Assembly (NCBI GenBank): GCA_965219995.1
Contig: CBDCOX010000002.1
Span: 4,864,001-4,928,000, forward strand
Length of the DNA stretch: 64,000 nt
Reading direction: 5' to 3'
Origin: Candidatus Latescibacterota bacterium
GTDB taxonomy: Bacteria; Latescibacterota; UBA2968; GCA-2709665
Shown here: positions 1-9,682 of the stretch, one piece after another
Layout: every line of letters starts with the position of its first letter
How positions within the stretch are numbered: the stretch's first letter is position 1
Notes under the pieces: model-generated
The model's database searches: none
What the model was told of the DNA's origin: nothing
What the model saw: the letters and a program-made list of their open reading frames with translations, nothing else
Position numbers and translations under genes: made by a program

Positions 1-204
1 CTTCTGAATACCGACGAATATCCCATTTTGAGCACGAGCGGGTACGGCTACACGCGGCCCGTTACCCGCAACCCGGAGCGGGCTCGCGACAACCGCCGCA
101 TTGACCTGAGATTCCTGCTCGAACCTCCGGCGGGTGCGCTACACCAGAAGGAACCGGAGGTCCAGACCGACGTCCGCGAAAGGTATGATGAGGAACCACC
201 GTGA
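1..204 (+). CDS. zorB: 3' end of OmpA/MotB-family peptidoglycan-binding protein, Zorya ZorB (partial)
   Basis: Frame 1 reads LLNTDEYPILSTSGYGYTRPVTRNPERARDNRRIDLRF...PP*, with the OmpA-C motifs GYG..RP and NRRI. Its TGA overlaps the GTG of the next gene (GTGA, 201-204). Confidence 0.8.
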   Translation, partial: LLNTDEYPILSTSGYGYTRPVTRNPERARDNRRIDLRFLLEPPAGALHQKEPEVQTDVRERYDEEPP

Positions 205-1988
205 ATACGCCATCCTTGAAGGAGTCGCTCGGCCACTGGATCCGCCCGAAAAGGCTCCCACAGCCATTCGATCCGCAGAGAACGCGAAAGGCAGCAGTAG
301 AAGCAGCATCCGTGCTTGGCGACGTCGAGTCGAGGAAACCATCGCATTACGATTTGGCGACCCTGCATTCGCGAATCAGGCAATCGTGGCGCCAATCCCG
401 CACTCTTTCGAGGATCGAGCCCCGCGATCTTCGGCGACTGCCCTGGGTTCTGTTTTACCCGCCAAAACACAAGCGTACCACCTGGTTGGGCGCCGAACCA
501 CGCGTCCTTGAGGCATACGGTCGCTGGTTGTTCGATGGGCGCCGGACTCGCTCCGTGCTGGCATTGCTGCACGAGTTTCTGCGGGTATACCCTGTCGGCC
601 TTCGGACCTTTGGCGACTTGAGAAGAGTGTTGTATAGGTCCGTCAATGACGGTTCATCGCCGCCTCCGTCTCTACAGAAATGGCGAAATAGGTGCAAGGA
701 TTGGAAACTTCTAACTATGGGTGGCGATCGGTTGTTCGTGCAAGACCTGGTCTCCGCCTCCGATGCCGTTGACGACATCCTCTGCCGTGCGGGGCTCAAT
801 GGCGGACTCGCGCAATGCGGGTTCCTGAATTTCGGCATCCGGGCCTACCTCCGGCACGCAGAATCGCTATTAAATCAGAAGCGCCTCAACGCCACGCGTC
901 TCGACCGGTTGCTCACTCTGCTCGAATTCGAGGGCAAACTGCGATTCGACGACACGGCCATGCGCACAGAAGTCGCTGCGGCTATGCTCCGCCCCTTTGT
1001 CGAACGAACTCCCGAACAGGCGACGAAGGAACGCTTGCAACCATTCTTTCTGCGTCACTTCCGTGATCCTCGCTTGGGAGCGGGTAAACACAGGTGGTCA
1101 GGGGTTCCAGACGAGATCCGCCGCGTCGTGATCCGGTGGCTTGTAGAACGAACACTCGAACAGTTCTTCCTGCTCGTCAAAGAGACGGCACTCGACAGAC
1201 ACTGGCGATACCGGGAAGCTTTCTGGCGGGCTTTTCACGAACACGGTCTGATTGATGACATCTGGTTCATTCTGGGTCGGAATGCGAAAGACATGCTCCG
1301 GAAGATGAATACGACGAAGGACGAGACCGAAACGACGGCCGACCTTCGAGGCGGTCAGGGCGACCAGTCGGTTCTGCTTCTACGAATGCCCGGCGTGACG
1401 ATCGCCGAATGGAGCCATAACGGTAGTTGCAGGATATGGCTTGATGGCAATAGGTACGCACCCGAATTGTATCAAGAGAATGCCTACTCTGGTGACGACC
1501 TTAGAAATGGATCGGATTTTTCTCAACCGCACGTCCGCAGTGAGGATGGCCGCTGGCAGGACAAAATAGCACAATGGTTGCGTGACAATACCGGCGTGGA
1601 GATCGCTCGTTCCGAGTATTTCCCGGACCGATTGCGAAAACGCGAGACCCATCGCTACCGTCCTGCCACACCGTCGACACGGAGTTCACGAAGTCAGCCC
1701 GCAGCGGCGAGCCGCGGTGGTCGCCAGCCACAAACCAATCGAAGACAATCAGCCGCAGCAGCGCTTAGTGAGTTGCATAGGGTTCAAGCCGCTGTCAGGG
1801 CCTCCCGCAAGAGTCGAGTGGATCTACGTGCATTTATGAAGCCGACGTCACCAGCCTGGGCCGCTTACGTAGAGGACCACGGGGTGCCGGGCTATGGGAC
1901 GCGGTGGAGAACGGTGCTCCGTCAACTTAACTCGACGATCGCACGTCTGAATGAACGTCCAGGAATTTCGAGCAACTGGTCGACATGA
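201..1988 (+). CDS. zorC: Zorya ZorC, EH-signature domain protein
   Basis: GDPR-like RDPRL, R.AFW and IAEWSHNGSCRIW motifs of the EH_Signature domain; lies between a MotB-like gene and an SNF2 helicase. Confidence 0.85.
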   Translation: MNTPSLKESLGHWIRPKRLPQPFDPQRTRKAAVEAASVLGDVESRKPSHYDLATLHSRIRQSWRQSRTLSRIEPRDLRRLPWVLFYPPKHKRTTWLGAEPRVLEAYGRWLFDGRRTRSVLALLHEFLRVYPVGLRTFGDLRRVLYRSVNDGSSPPPSLQKWRNRCKDWKLLTMGGDRLFVQDLVSASDAVDDILCRAGLNGGLAQCGFLNFGIRAYLRHAESLLNQKRLNATRLDRLLTLLEFEGKLRFDDTAMRTEVAAAMLRPFVERTPEQATKERLQPFFLRHFRDPRLGAGKHRWSGVPDEIRRVVIRWLVERTLEQFFLLVKETALDRHWRYREAFWRAFHEHGLIDDIWFILGRNAKDMLRKMNTTKDETETTADLRGGQGDQSVLLLRMPGVTIAEWSHNGSCRIWLDGNRYAPELYQENAYSGDDLRNGSDFSQPHVRSEDGRWQDKIAQWLRDNTGVEIARSEYFPDRLRKRETHRYRPATPSTRSSRSQPAAASRGGRQPQTNRRQSAAAALSELHRVQAAVRASRKSRVDLRAFMKPTSPAWAAYVEDHGVPGYGTRWRTVLRQLNSTIARLNERPGISSNWST

Positions 1989-2108
1989 GTCGCACCACAA
2001 TACCGTTGTTCCGTTCGATCACGCGACCGGAAACCCGGCCAATATAATTCAGGAGATCCCTGATCTGGACTGGTGCGGTGCATTTCCCGGTGCCGTGGAG
2101 CGTGTTCC

Positions 2109-5057
2109 ATGCCGAACCACTTTGTGAATAAGCCGACGCCTGCCGGCCTGATTGTTAGGATGGCCGAGGGTCCTCCGTTTCCGGTGACGGAGTGGACCGC
2201 ACATGCCTACGCAACCCCAGGTGTCGGTGCCCTTATCAGATTGCGCGACGACGGGGGTGCGACTGAATGCGACAACGGGACGGCCCTCTGCGTCTCCTGG
2301 AAAACGGTCGCCGGACTGACGTCAGACGAATTGCGGTACACCGGTCTTCCCGATGCTGCACCCTTTGCGCTCGATGTGTCGGCGAACGGCGCCATTCACG
2401 ATCCCGATTTCGAAATTCGCTGCGGCTACGTTCGGCTCGGTCGCCGCGTCCTCGGGGTTCAGCGCGAAGGCGCCTGGCTTCGTGTTGGCGGTGACGACTT
2501 CGTACTGCTGGATCCCCTGTACTCCATCGCCGACGCCATTGACTGTTTCAACCGGGCCGAAAAGAAGGATCTCGAAACACGAATGCTCCGGTGGGGACAG
2601 GTCGCGGAGTTGCTGCCTGACGACACCGTTGTCAGCGATGAAAACCTGATGTCACTGAAAATCTCCGTGGCGTCAAGCTTTGAACTCGATCCGTTCGTGA
2701 ACGACGACGGCGAGCCCGACTTCGACCCGATTGTCGGCAGGCGGGAGACTTACGTGAATGACGTGGGCGACGAGGAGCAAGTGTTCGCTCGTGCTTTACC
2801 GCTCGCCCGTCAGAAGGAGTTTGCAAGGAGATTTCGTGGCCTGTCAAGCGTAAAGCAACGGTACGTCACAGGGGGCGGCAGCTACGTCGTGCTGACACCG
2901 GAGGTGGAACGGGCTCTGGGCGTGGTACGGCGCGCGCAGGAAGGGAGTACCGACGAGCGCCGCGATTTCCTGCGTAACGTCAGCGGGTACCTTCGAGGAG
3001 CATTCGATGAAGACGACGGCGACGAGATCGAACTCGATAGCGTCTTCAGCGACGACGGTCTGAGCGAACGCGTGAGGGGCGTCGGTATCTGGGTCGACAA
3101 GGTGCTCCCCTGGATAAAGCTGGCTAAAGAACCCTGGTTGCCGCCCGACGAATTGGGGATTCTTATCGACGGAAGGCGTGTGGTTATACCGGCAGAAGCG
3201 CTAGCTGGAGTCTACGATCGGCTTGAGAAAGCGATCGAGTGCGGCAGATCGACCGTTGGAATCGCGATCGATAATGAGCCTATCGAAATCCCCGCGAATA
3301 AGGCTACTCTCAGTGCCCTTGATGAATTGCTCTCTCGGATAGACCAGAAGCCGAAACCAAAGCAAACAGCCAGCGTCGAACCGGTAGAACCCGCAGGCTC
3401 CAATCAGGTTCTGGAGATCATCGACAACCTGGATGAAGTCCAGTTCCGTCGTGAGCGCAGGCCATGCAGGCCCGGCATTTTCGCCGCCGACCCCGCCTTG
3501 CAGACTGAGCTTCTACCACACCAGAAAAAGGCTCTCTCGTGGCTGCGTTGTCACTGGGAAGCCGGAAACTGGGGCGCCCTGCTCGCTGACGATATGGGCC
3601 TCGGCAAGACGCTTGAAGCGCTGGCGTTTCTCTCAAGTCTGAAAGCTCACTCCGAAACAGGGGGCTTGCCGCACCTGCCTGTCCTTGTCGTCGCCCCGAC
3701 GGGCTTGCTCCGGAACTGGATGGACGAACACGATAAGCATCTTTCCGGTGCCGGACTGGGGAATGTCGTCGAAGCGTATGGCATTGGATTGAGGGATCTC
3801 AGAGAGGGTGCCTACAGACGTGGCGGCGAGCTCGCCGGTGGAGAACCGATGCTGAACCTCCATCCCCTGAAGACCGCCGACTGGGTGATCACCACCTATG
3901 AGACCCTGCGTGACTATCAGCATAGCTTCGGCCGTGTACACTGGCGCGCGGGCGTCTTTGACGAAGCTCAGAAGATCAAGAATCCCGGTGCACGCCTCAC
4001 CGATGCGGCGCTGGCAATGAACATCGATTTCACCTTGTTGTTGACTGGTACCCCGGTTGAAAATCGACCAGGAGACATCTGGTCGATGGTTGACCGTGCG
4101 GAACCGGGGATGTTCGGGACCCTGAAGGAATTCAGCCAGCGCTATGAAGCAGCCGGCGAGGAGGGCGCCGCGGCGCTCGCGGAGTTGCATGACAGGCTGA
4201 CGGCCGAGTCCGAGGCGCCGGCGCTAATGCTGCGGCGGCTCAAGGAGGACCACGTTCCGGAATTGCCGAAAAAAGAGGTGTACCGGCGCACCGTGCTGAT
4301 GCCGCCGTTCCAGGCTGAAGCGTACGAAAGTGTCGTACGGAACGGTAGTGGAGGCAACATGCTTCAGACGCTTCATCAACTTCGAAACATCTCGCTCCAC
4401 CCCGCGGCTCCGGATGAGTTCGACCTCGACGGTTTTATCCAGGCGTCGGCACGGTTGTCCGAGACGTTCCGGATTCTGGATGAGATTGAGAACTGCGGGC
4501 AGAAAGCGCTACTCTTCGTCGAGACGCGGTGGATGCAAGATTTCCTCGTAGGAGCACTGAGACGTCGTTTTTCGTTGTCCGAGGATGTGCTCGTCATAAA
4601 CGGTGCAGTGGCTGGCAGGATCCGCAAGACTCGCGTCGACGAGTTCCAGGAACGGACAGGGTTCGACGTGATGATACTGTCGCCACGCGCCGGCGGCGTC
4701 GGACTGACTTTGACGGCGGCAAACCATGTAATTCACCTCTCACGCTGGTGGAACCCCGCGGTCGAGGACCAGTGTACTGACAGGGTATTTCGTATCGGCC
4801 AGCGGCAAATGGTGTACGTATACCTACCGATCGCTCGTCATCCGGAGTTCGGAGATTACAGCTTCGATATTCGGCTCGACAGCCTGATGGAGGGCAAGCG
4901 GGATATGAACCGTCGTGTACTCGCGCCGACCGCGACGTCGAAAGAAGACTTGAGTGGCCTCTATCGAAGTACCGTTACGGAGGCCCGAGGCGGCGTTGCT
5001 GAGGATGATGAACGGAGTCGGCTTCAGGTCGGCGGCGAAGCGTCTGACGGGCTGTAA
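2109..5057 (+). CDS. zorD: Zorya ZorD-like SNF2/SWI2 helicase-ATPase
   Basis: LLADDMGLGKT (Walker A), DEAQKIKN, LTGTPVEN, GGVGLTL, WWNPAVEDQCTDRVFRIGQ; ATG 2109 preceded by GGAG; follows zorC. Confidence 0.85.
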   Translation: MPNHFVNKPTPAGLIVRMAEGPPFPVTEWTAHAYATPGVGALIRLRDDGGATECDNGTALCVSWKTVAGLTSDELRYTGLPDAAPFALDVSANGAIHDPDFEIRCGYVRLGRRVLGVQREGAWLRVGGDDFVLLDPLYSIADAIDCFNRAEKKDLETRMLRWGQVAELLPDDTVVSDENLMSLKISVASSFELDPFVNDDGEPDFDPIVGRRETYVNDVGDEEQVFARALPLARQKEFARRFRGLSSVKQRYVTGGGSYVVLTPEVERALGVVRRAQEGSTDERRDFLRNVSGYLRGAFDEDDGDEIELDSVFSDDGLSERVRGVGIWVDKVLPWIKLAKEPWLPPDELGILIDGRRVVIPAEALAGVYDRLEKAIECGRSTVGIAIDNEPIEIPANKATLSALDELLSRIDQKPKPKQTASVEPVEPAGSNQVLEIIDNLDEVQFRRERRPCRPGIFAADPALQTELLPHQKKALSWLRCHWEAGNWGALLADDMGLGKTLEALAFLSSLKAHSETGGLPHLPVLVVAPTGLLRNWMDEHDKHLSGAGLGNVVEAYGIGLRDLREGAYRRGGELAGGEPMLNLHPLKTADWVITTYETLRDYQHSFGRVHWRAGVFDEAQKIKNPGARLTDAALAMNIDFTLLLTGTPVENRPGDIWSMVDRAEPGMFGTLKEFSQRYEAAGEEGAAALAELHDRLTAESEAPALMLRRLKEDHVPELPKKEVYRRTVLMPPFQAEAYESVVRNGSGGNMLQTLHQLRNISLHPAAPDEFDLDGFIQASARLSETFRILDEIENCGQKALLFVETRWMQDFLVGALRRRFSLSEDVLVINGAVAGRIRKTRVDEFQERTGFDVMILSPRAGGVGLTLTAANHVIHLSRWWNPAVEDQCTDRVFRIGQRQMVYVYLPIARHPEFGDYSFDIRLDSLMEGKRDMNRRVLAPTATSKEDLSGLYRSTVTEARGGVAEDDERSRLQVGGEASDGL

Positions 5058-5142
5058 CAATCTGCCACGACTTCGATTTGACGGGAACTATTACGGGGAG
5101 CACCCGACAGTCTACCTTTTTTCCAAGTCATTGACCGGCCAA

Positions 5143-5244
5143 CCTGAGCCGCTCCCTGAGCACGTGCCCTGAGCTTGTCGAAGGGTGTCGAAGGGGCGGC
5201 GAAGGAAACAGGGTGTCGAAACGCGGGCGCTTCGACAAGCTCAG
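5143..5244. repeat. REP-like palindromic element (CTGAGCTTGTCGAAG / CTTCGACAAGCTCAG) with nested copies
   Basis: Perfect 15-bp inverted repeat, 5169-5183 vs 5230-5244; same family at 56657-56831. Confidence 0.85.
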
Positions 5245-5433
5245 CGTCCCCGTACGGGCAGGTTTCTCTCCACTGTAACAGGCACAATGGATGTCAGCTA
5301 TTTACTGCTCCCGGTAATAAGTTTAGAGTTGACGGAGATTCGGAAGCAGTAGAAACACGGATTGTGACAGTGTACCAGACACCAAGAAAAGTCCAACGAT
5401 GCGAACTGCATCCAAATTAGAAGGGCAAACGAG

Positions 5434-7647
5434 ATGAGAAAAATACTCGGTGATGCCAAGAACATCCGCTCTCTGCTTGGAGGAGCGAAATTCGCTATCG
5501 ACTATTATCAAAGGGAATACAGATGGGGAGAGAAACACATTAATGAGCTACTCAATGACTTATGCGAAAGATTCCTGGAAAGCCACGAGCAAGGCAACGA
5601 GCGCGACGACGTTATTAAAAAATACGGCCACTACTTCCTCGGTTCCATCATTATCAGCGCCAAAGGGAGCCGCAACTATATCATCGACGGTCAGCAACGT
5701 CTGACTTCACTAACACTGCTACTCATTTACATTTATCGCCAACTTGAAGACGATGATCAAAAGAAAGAGATCGCGAACCTCATCTTCTCCTACAGCGTCG
5801 GTAGACGTTCATTCAACCTCGATGAGGACGAGCGTTCCGCCTGCATGGAAGCCCTCTTCACCGGACAACCCGTCGAGGAAAACAATCAACCGGAGTCAGT
5901 CGTCAATATCCTCAAACGTTACGAGGAAATCGAGAGTCACTTTCCAGACGACCTTGCCGGCAACGCCTTGCCCTACTTCGCAGATTGGCTGATGGAAAAC
6001 GTCTATCTGGTCGAGATAACCGCCAGTTCTGATGCCGACGCCTATACAATTTTCGAGACTATGAATGATCGTGGACTGTCCCTGACACCGGCCGAAATGC
6101 TCAAGGGATATCTGCTTTCCAAAATTACAGACCCCGACCGTCGTAACAAATCCAGCGACGTCTGGCGTGAACGCATATCTGGTTTACAAGAGATCGGCAA
6201 AGACGAGGACGCCGATGCAATCAAGGCGTGGTTGCGCAGTCAGCATGCAAAGACTATCCGCGAACGTAGCCGAGGTGCCAAACCCCTCGACTTTGACATA
6301 ATTGGCACTGAGTTCCACCGCTGGGTACGTGACCGAGAGAGAAATTTGAATCTTCGCACCAGTACTGATTTTGTAAGTCTTATCGACAACGAGTTCAAGT
6401 TCTATGCGCAATGGTACGAGCGTGTCCGCAAAGCGGCGAGGACGTTGACAAAGGGACTTGAGGGGATTTTTTATAATGCGCAGAACAACTTCACACTCCA
6501 ACATCCGGCTTTGCTGGCTCCGCTAACACTTACCGACAGTGAGGAGGAAATCAACCGCAAACTGCGCATTGTTGCAACTTACCTTGACATTCTAATTGCT
6601 CGCCGCGTCTGGAACTGGAAGGCCATCAGTTACTCTACAATGCAATACAGCATCTTTCAGTTGATCTTGAGAATTCGGGGTAGGTCCGCTGACGAACTGG
6701 TGAGCATACTAACCCAACGCCTCGAATCACAAGAAGAATCTTTCGACTCTGAAGAGAGCTTTTCTCTACATGGTAGGAACCGCCGTCTGATCCATCTGCT
6801 GCTCGCTAGAATGACCGATTTTGTCGAAGTCCAGTCTGGTCGTCGGTCGCGGTTTACCGAGTACATCGAGAGCGGTTACGAGGTAGAGCACATCTGGGCC
6901 GATCACCCGGAACGTCACGAGGACGAGTTCAGTCATCCGACGGAATTTCATCACTATCGCAGTCACATTGGCGGCCTCCTTCTCCTTCTCAAGAGCTTCA
7001 ACGCTAGCTACGGTGACAAACCCTACGCGGTCAAACGTGAGCACTACTTCAGTCAGAATCTACTTGCTCAGAGCCTTCACGAAAACGCATATCGACTTGA
7101 CCCCGGTTTTAAGCGCTTCAGAGAAAAAACGGCGCTGGACTTTCGGTCGCATGCCGAATTCAAAAAATCGGACCTGGAAGAAAGACAGGCACTCTATCTG
7201 AAGCTCGCCGAGCAGATTTGGAACCCGGAGACGCTGCAGCTGCAGGTTGAACCACATCAAGACTTTCCACTCGAGGAAATAACCAAGCAGAACGACGATT
7301 GCTCAGTATTCCTGACTCTTGTCCGTTCTAACATAAAAGGAGTGATTATGCCCGAAGACACGATTGCGAATGAAGACTTAAATTGGGTGGAGGCTTATGT
7401 AAAAAACAACATAGGGCTCCGTTGTTCTCTTAAAGAAATCACAGCATTGAGGATGGAGGCTGAGAGGAAAAGATCCGCAGAACGGGGAGTTGTAACTATC
7501 TATGAGAATCTGGTACGGGCGGAAGGCGTTGAATCAATCGAGCGGCTTGACGAAAGACTGTTTCTGGAAAACACCAGCAACACAGTGGTTTTATTGGAAA
7601 TTCTGGAAGTTCTAAGGAGGATTGAGTCGGAAATAGGTCTTCAGTAG
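5434..7647 (+). CDS. DUF262-DUF1524 GmrSD/SspE-like restriction nuclease with C-terminal extension
   Basis: YQREYRW, IIDGQQRLTSL, FETMNDRG (DUF262); EHIW and GGLLLL..SFNAS (DUF1524 HNH-like). Confidence 0.88.
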   Translation: MRKILGDAKNIRSLLGGAKFAIDYYQREYRWGEKHINELLNDLCERFLESHEQGNERDDVIKKYGHYFLGSIIISAKGSRNYIIDGQQRLTSLTLLLIYIYRQLEDDDQKKEIANLIFSYSVGRRSFNLDEDERSACMEALFTGQPVEENNQPESVVNILKRYEEIESHFPDDLAGNALPYFADWLMENVYLVEITASSDADAYTIFETMNDRGLSLTPAEMLKGYLLSKITDPDRRNKSSDVWRERISGLQEIGKDEDADAIKAWLRSQHAKTIRERSRGAKPLDFDIIGTEFHRWVRDRERNLNLRTSTDFVSLIDNEFKFYAQWYERVRKAARTLTKGLEGIFYNAQNNFTLQHPALLAPLTLTDSEEEINRKLRIVATYLDILIARRVWNWKAISYSTMQYSIFQLILRIRGRSADELVSILTQRLESQEESFDSEESFSLHGRNRRLIHLLLARMTDFVEVQSGRRSRFTEYIESGYEVEHIWADHPERHEDEFSHPTEFHHYRSHIGGLLLLLKSFNASYGDKPYAVKREHYFSQNLLAQSLHENAYRLDPGFKRFREKTALDFRSHAEFKKSDLEERQALYLKLAEQIWNPETLQLQVEPHQDFPLEEITKQNDDCSVFLTLVRSNIKGVIMPEDTIANEDLNWVEAYVKNNIGLRCSLKEITALRMEAERKRSAERGVVTIYENLVRAEGVESIERLDERLFLENTSNTVVLLEILEVLRRIESEIGLQ

Positions 7648-7684
7648 CTTTCAAACGTCATGATGGAGACAACCAATGAGCCTT

Positions 7685-7956
7685 CCCTACGTGCCAATAT
7701 AGCGTGAGTCAACTCCCCTCCGAGTTTGATGACGTAAATTGGGCGGAGAGGAGAGTACGAAATGAGGTCAAGAATCGATGTAGGAGACAACGGCAGCAAG
7801 GTGTCTCTGGTTGTGGAGGTTCCGCGCGGAACCTCCACAACCACGAGGCCGGATCCGGAGGTGCCGGCGCTTGCGAAGCGTCGCCAGTTCACCGCTCGGT
7901 ACAAGCTTCGCATCCTGGAAGAGGCGGACGCTTGCCGGGTGCCTGATGAAGTTGGT
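7685..7956 (+). mobile_element. IS3-family left-end remnant (copy 1), truncated orfA
   Basis: CCCTACG-TGCCAATATAG.GTGAG.CA end; truncated orfA peptide RPDPEVPALAKRRQFTARYKLRILEEADAC, homologous to 11759-12030. Confidence 0.8.
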
Positions 7957-8028
7957 CGGGCTTCATCTGTTTTAGTCTGCCGGCAAGCAATATGCTGAAA
8001 CGCGGTTAATCAGGTAGTACTAGAGATA

Positions 8029-9021
8029 GTGAAAGATATGCTAGGTGCCAGCGACACGCAAATCACGAGTGAGTCTACAACCGGCCTTATCCAGGTAGGT
8101 TGGCCCGGCGGTATGTTAACGCTTAGGTATACAGGGATTCCAAACGTCAACAAAGAAGCGAGAGATGAAATCAAGAACATAATGCAGCAATTCTCAGCAG
8201 ACTGTCAGATGATGTTAGTTTGGTTTGTTGGGACTCTGAACAGCCGAGGGCCTATACGCCAGCATCTAGGCGGTATCGCCCAACGGGATGAACCCCTCAC
8301 AATTAACAGCCTGCGGCCGGACGGTAGGGTAGAATCTGTATTTGCCCAGGTGCCGATAGAGAAGGTCATTGACGCTTTTTCAGACGCTGGCGAGTATGAG
8401 CGGCTATACGCCAAGACCTCTGTGGTCTTTACGTTCCAGATTTGGGAGGAGGTTGCTCGTCCAATGATTGCCGGCGCATTAAATGTAAAACCCAAGCATA
8501 TCGAGGCCACCTTGATGGGTGATTGGCGTCGCCTTCGGAATTGGCTAGTACACCGAACAGCGGCCGCGGAGCGAGATTACTTCAATAACGCCGGTCGGCT
8601 GGTTCATTTGTTGGAATCGCAACCAAACGAACCCAGCCTTACTGCCGACAAAGTCCTCGTTCTGATGCAACAACTGAACCGAATGAGTATGGACGTTAAC
8701 CCTAATTCGGCGGCGTTTGGGCTTGAGCTTGTATCGTTAAATCCGCAAATGATAGCTGAAGCAGCAAAGACGCTGGAACCGCGTGCTGGAATAATCATAC
8801 CTCCGGAGGCGGCAATGTTCCCGTCGTCTGTATTCATCATTTTGAACTCGGAGGCAGCCACTATCCACGAGCTCGATTGCAGTCAAAAGGACATCGAATT
8901 CAAGAATGATGACGACGCTCGTTGGCTACGGGTCAGTTCCTTCGGAGTTGCCCGTGAGGTGATTAAGCATTTGGGTAGACAGGAATATCGTTGCGAGCAT
9001 TGCAGACCCAGCGAGGAATAA
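8029..9021 (+). CDS. Hypothetical protein with HEPN-like RxxxxH motif and C-terminal H-x3-C...CxxC module
   Basis: 330-aa ORF; LRNWLVH; IHELDC...RCEHC. Confidence 0.6.
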   Translation: MKDMLGASDTQITSESTTGLIQVGWPGGMLTLRYTGIPNVNKEARDEIKNIMQQFSADCQMMLVWFVGTLNSRGPIRQHLGGIAQRDEPLTINSLRPDGRVESVFAQVPIEKVIDAFSDAGEYERLYAKTSVVFTFQIWEEVARPMIAGALNVKPKHIEATLMGDWRRLRNWLVHRTAAAERDYFNNAGRLVHLLESQPNEPSLTADKVLVLMQQLNRMSMDVNPNSAAFGLELVSLNPQMIAEAAKTLEPRAGIIIPPEAAMFPSSVFIILNSEAATIHELDCSQKDIEFKNDDDARWLRVSSFGVAREVIKHLGRQEYRCEHCRPSEE

Positions 9022-9188
9022 CAACGGAGGGACTTGCGCGATTATTGCACCGAGTCTGGCCCGTCTCATAGATCGCCGATATGTGAACCTGAAATGCAGG
9101 TTCCGGTTGTTTGTGACTTTTCCGATTGACTGATAGTTCGTACCTTGTTATCCTGTGAATGGATACTTCACTCGGAAAGGGGTAGAAT

Positions 9189-9680
9189 ATGGCAAGTGCC
9201 ACTCTTAATTTTCCGAAAGCCGGGAAGGTTGAGGAGATGATGCGCTCGTATCAAACTACCTCTGGTGTTGGATCGGAAAGCCCTCATTCAACGGAGGAGA
9301 AGATCCAACGCCAAAGCGGTATCAATAGACTTCGGAGAGAAACAGACATTTGGCTGCGGTTTTATCGGGAGAGGTGTAAGGAGGTGAAGGAAAAGCCGTC
9401 CATAATCGACACCTACTTTAATGACAGAGATGTGGCAATAGGCGGAACTGAGGAGTTTATAAAGGTGACGAAGGCTTGTATTTCCAGCTATCGAAGCTAT
9501 GGTCGGGTGGGGGGTATCGAGGCAGAGGATGTCGAAAGTATAATTTCTTCTTTGAGCGACCTCGTGGCTGTTTGTGAGGAGTTCCTCTGGCACGTTGGTG
9601 TTTATGATGCACTGCAGGAACCGAGAACCGGCAAGGTATGTAGGTCTGCCGACGAGTTTATCCAGGAATTGGGGTTCTAG
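9189..9680 (+). CDS. Putative antitoxin
   Basis: 163 aa, 2 nt upstream of the RelE-like gene; C-terminus GKVCRSADEFIQELGF resembles antitoxin tails. Confidence 0.55.
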   Translation: MASATLNFPKAGKVEEMMRSYQTTSGVGSESPHSTEEKIQRQSGINRLRRETDIWLRFYRERCKEVKEKPSIIDTYFNDRDVAIGGTEEFIKVTKACISSYRSYGRVGGIEAEDVESIISSLSDLVAVCEEFLWHVGVYDALQEPRTGKVCRSADEFIQELGF

Positions 9681-9682
9681 AT

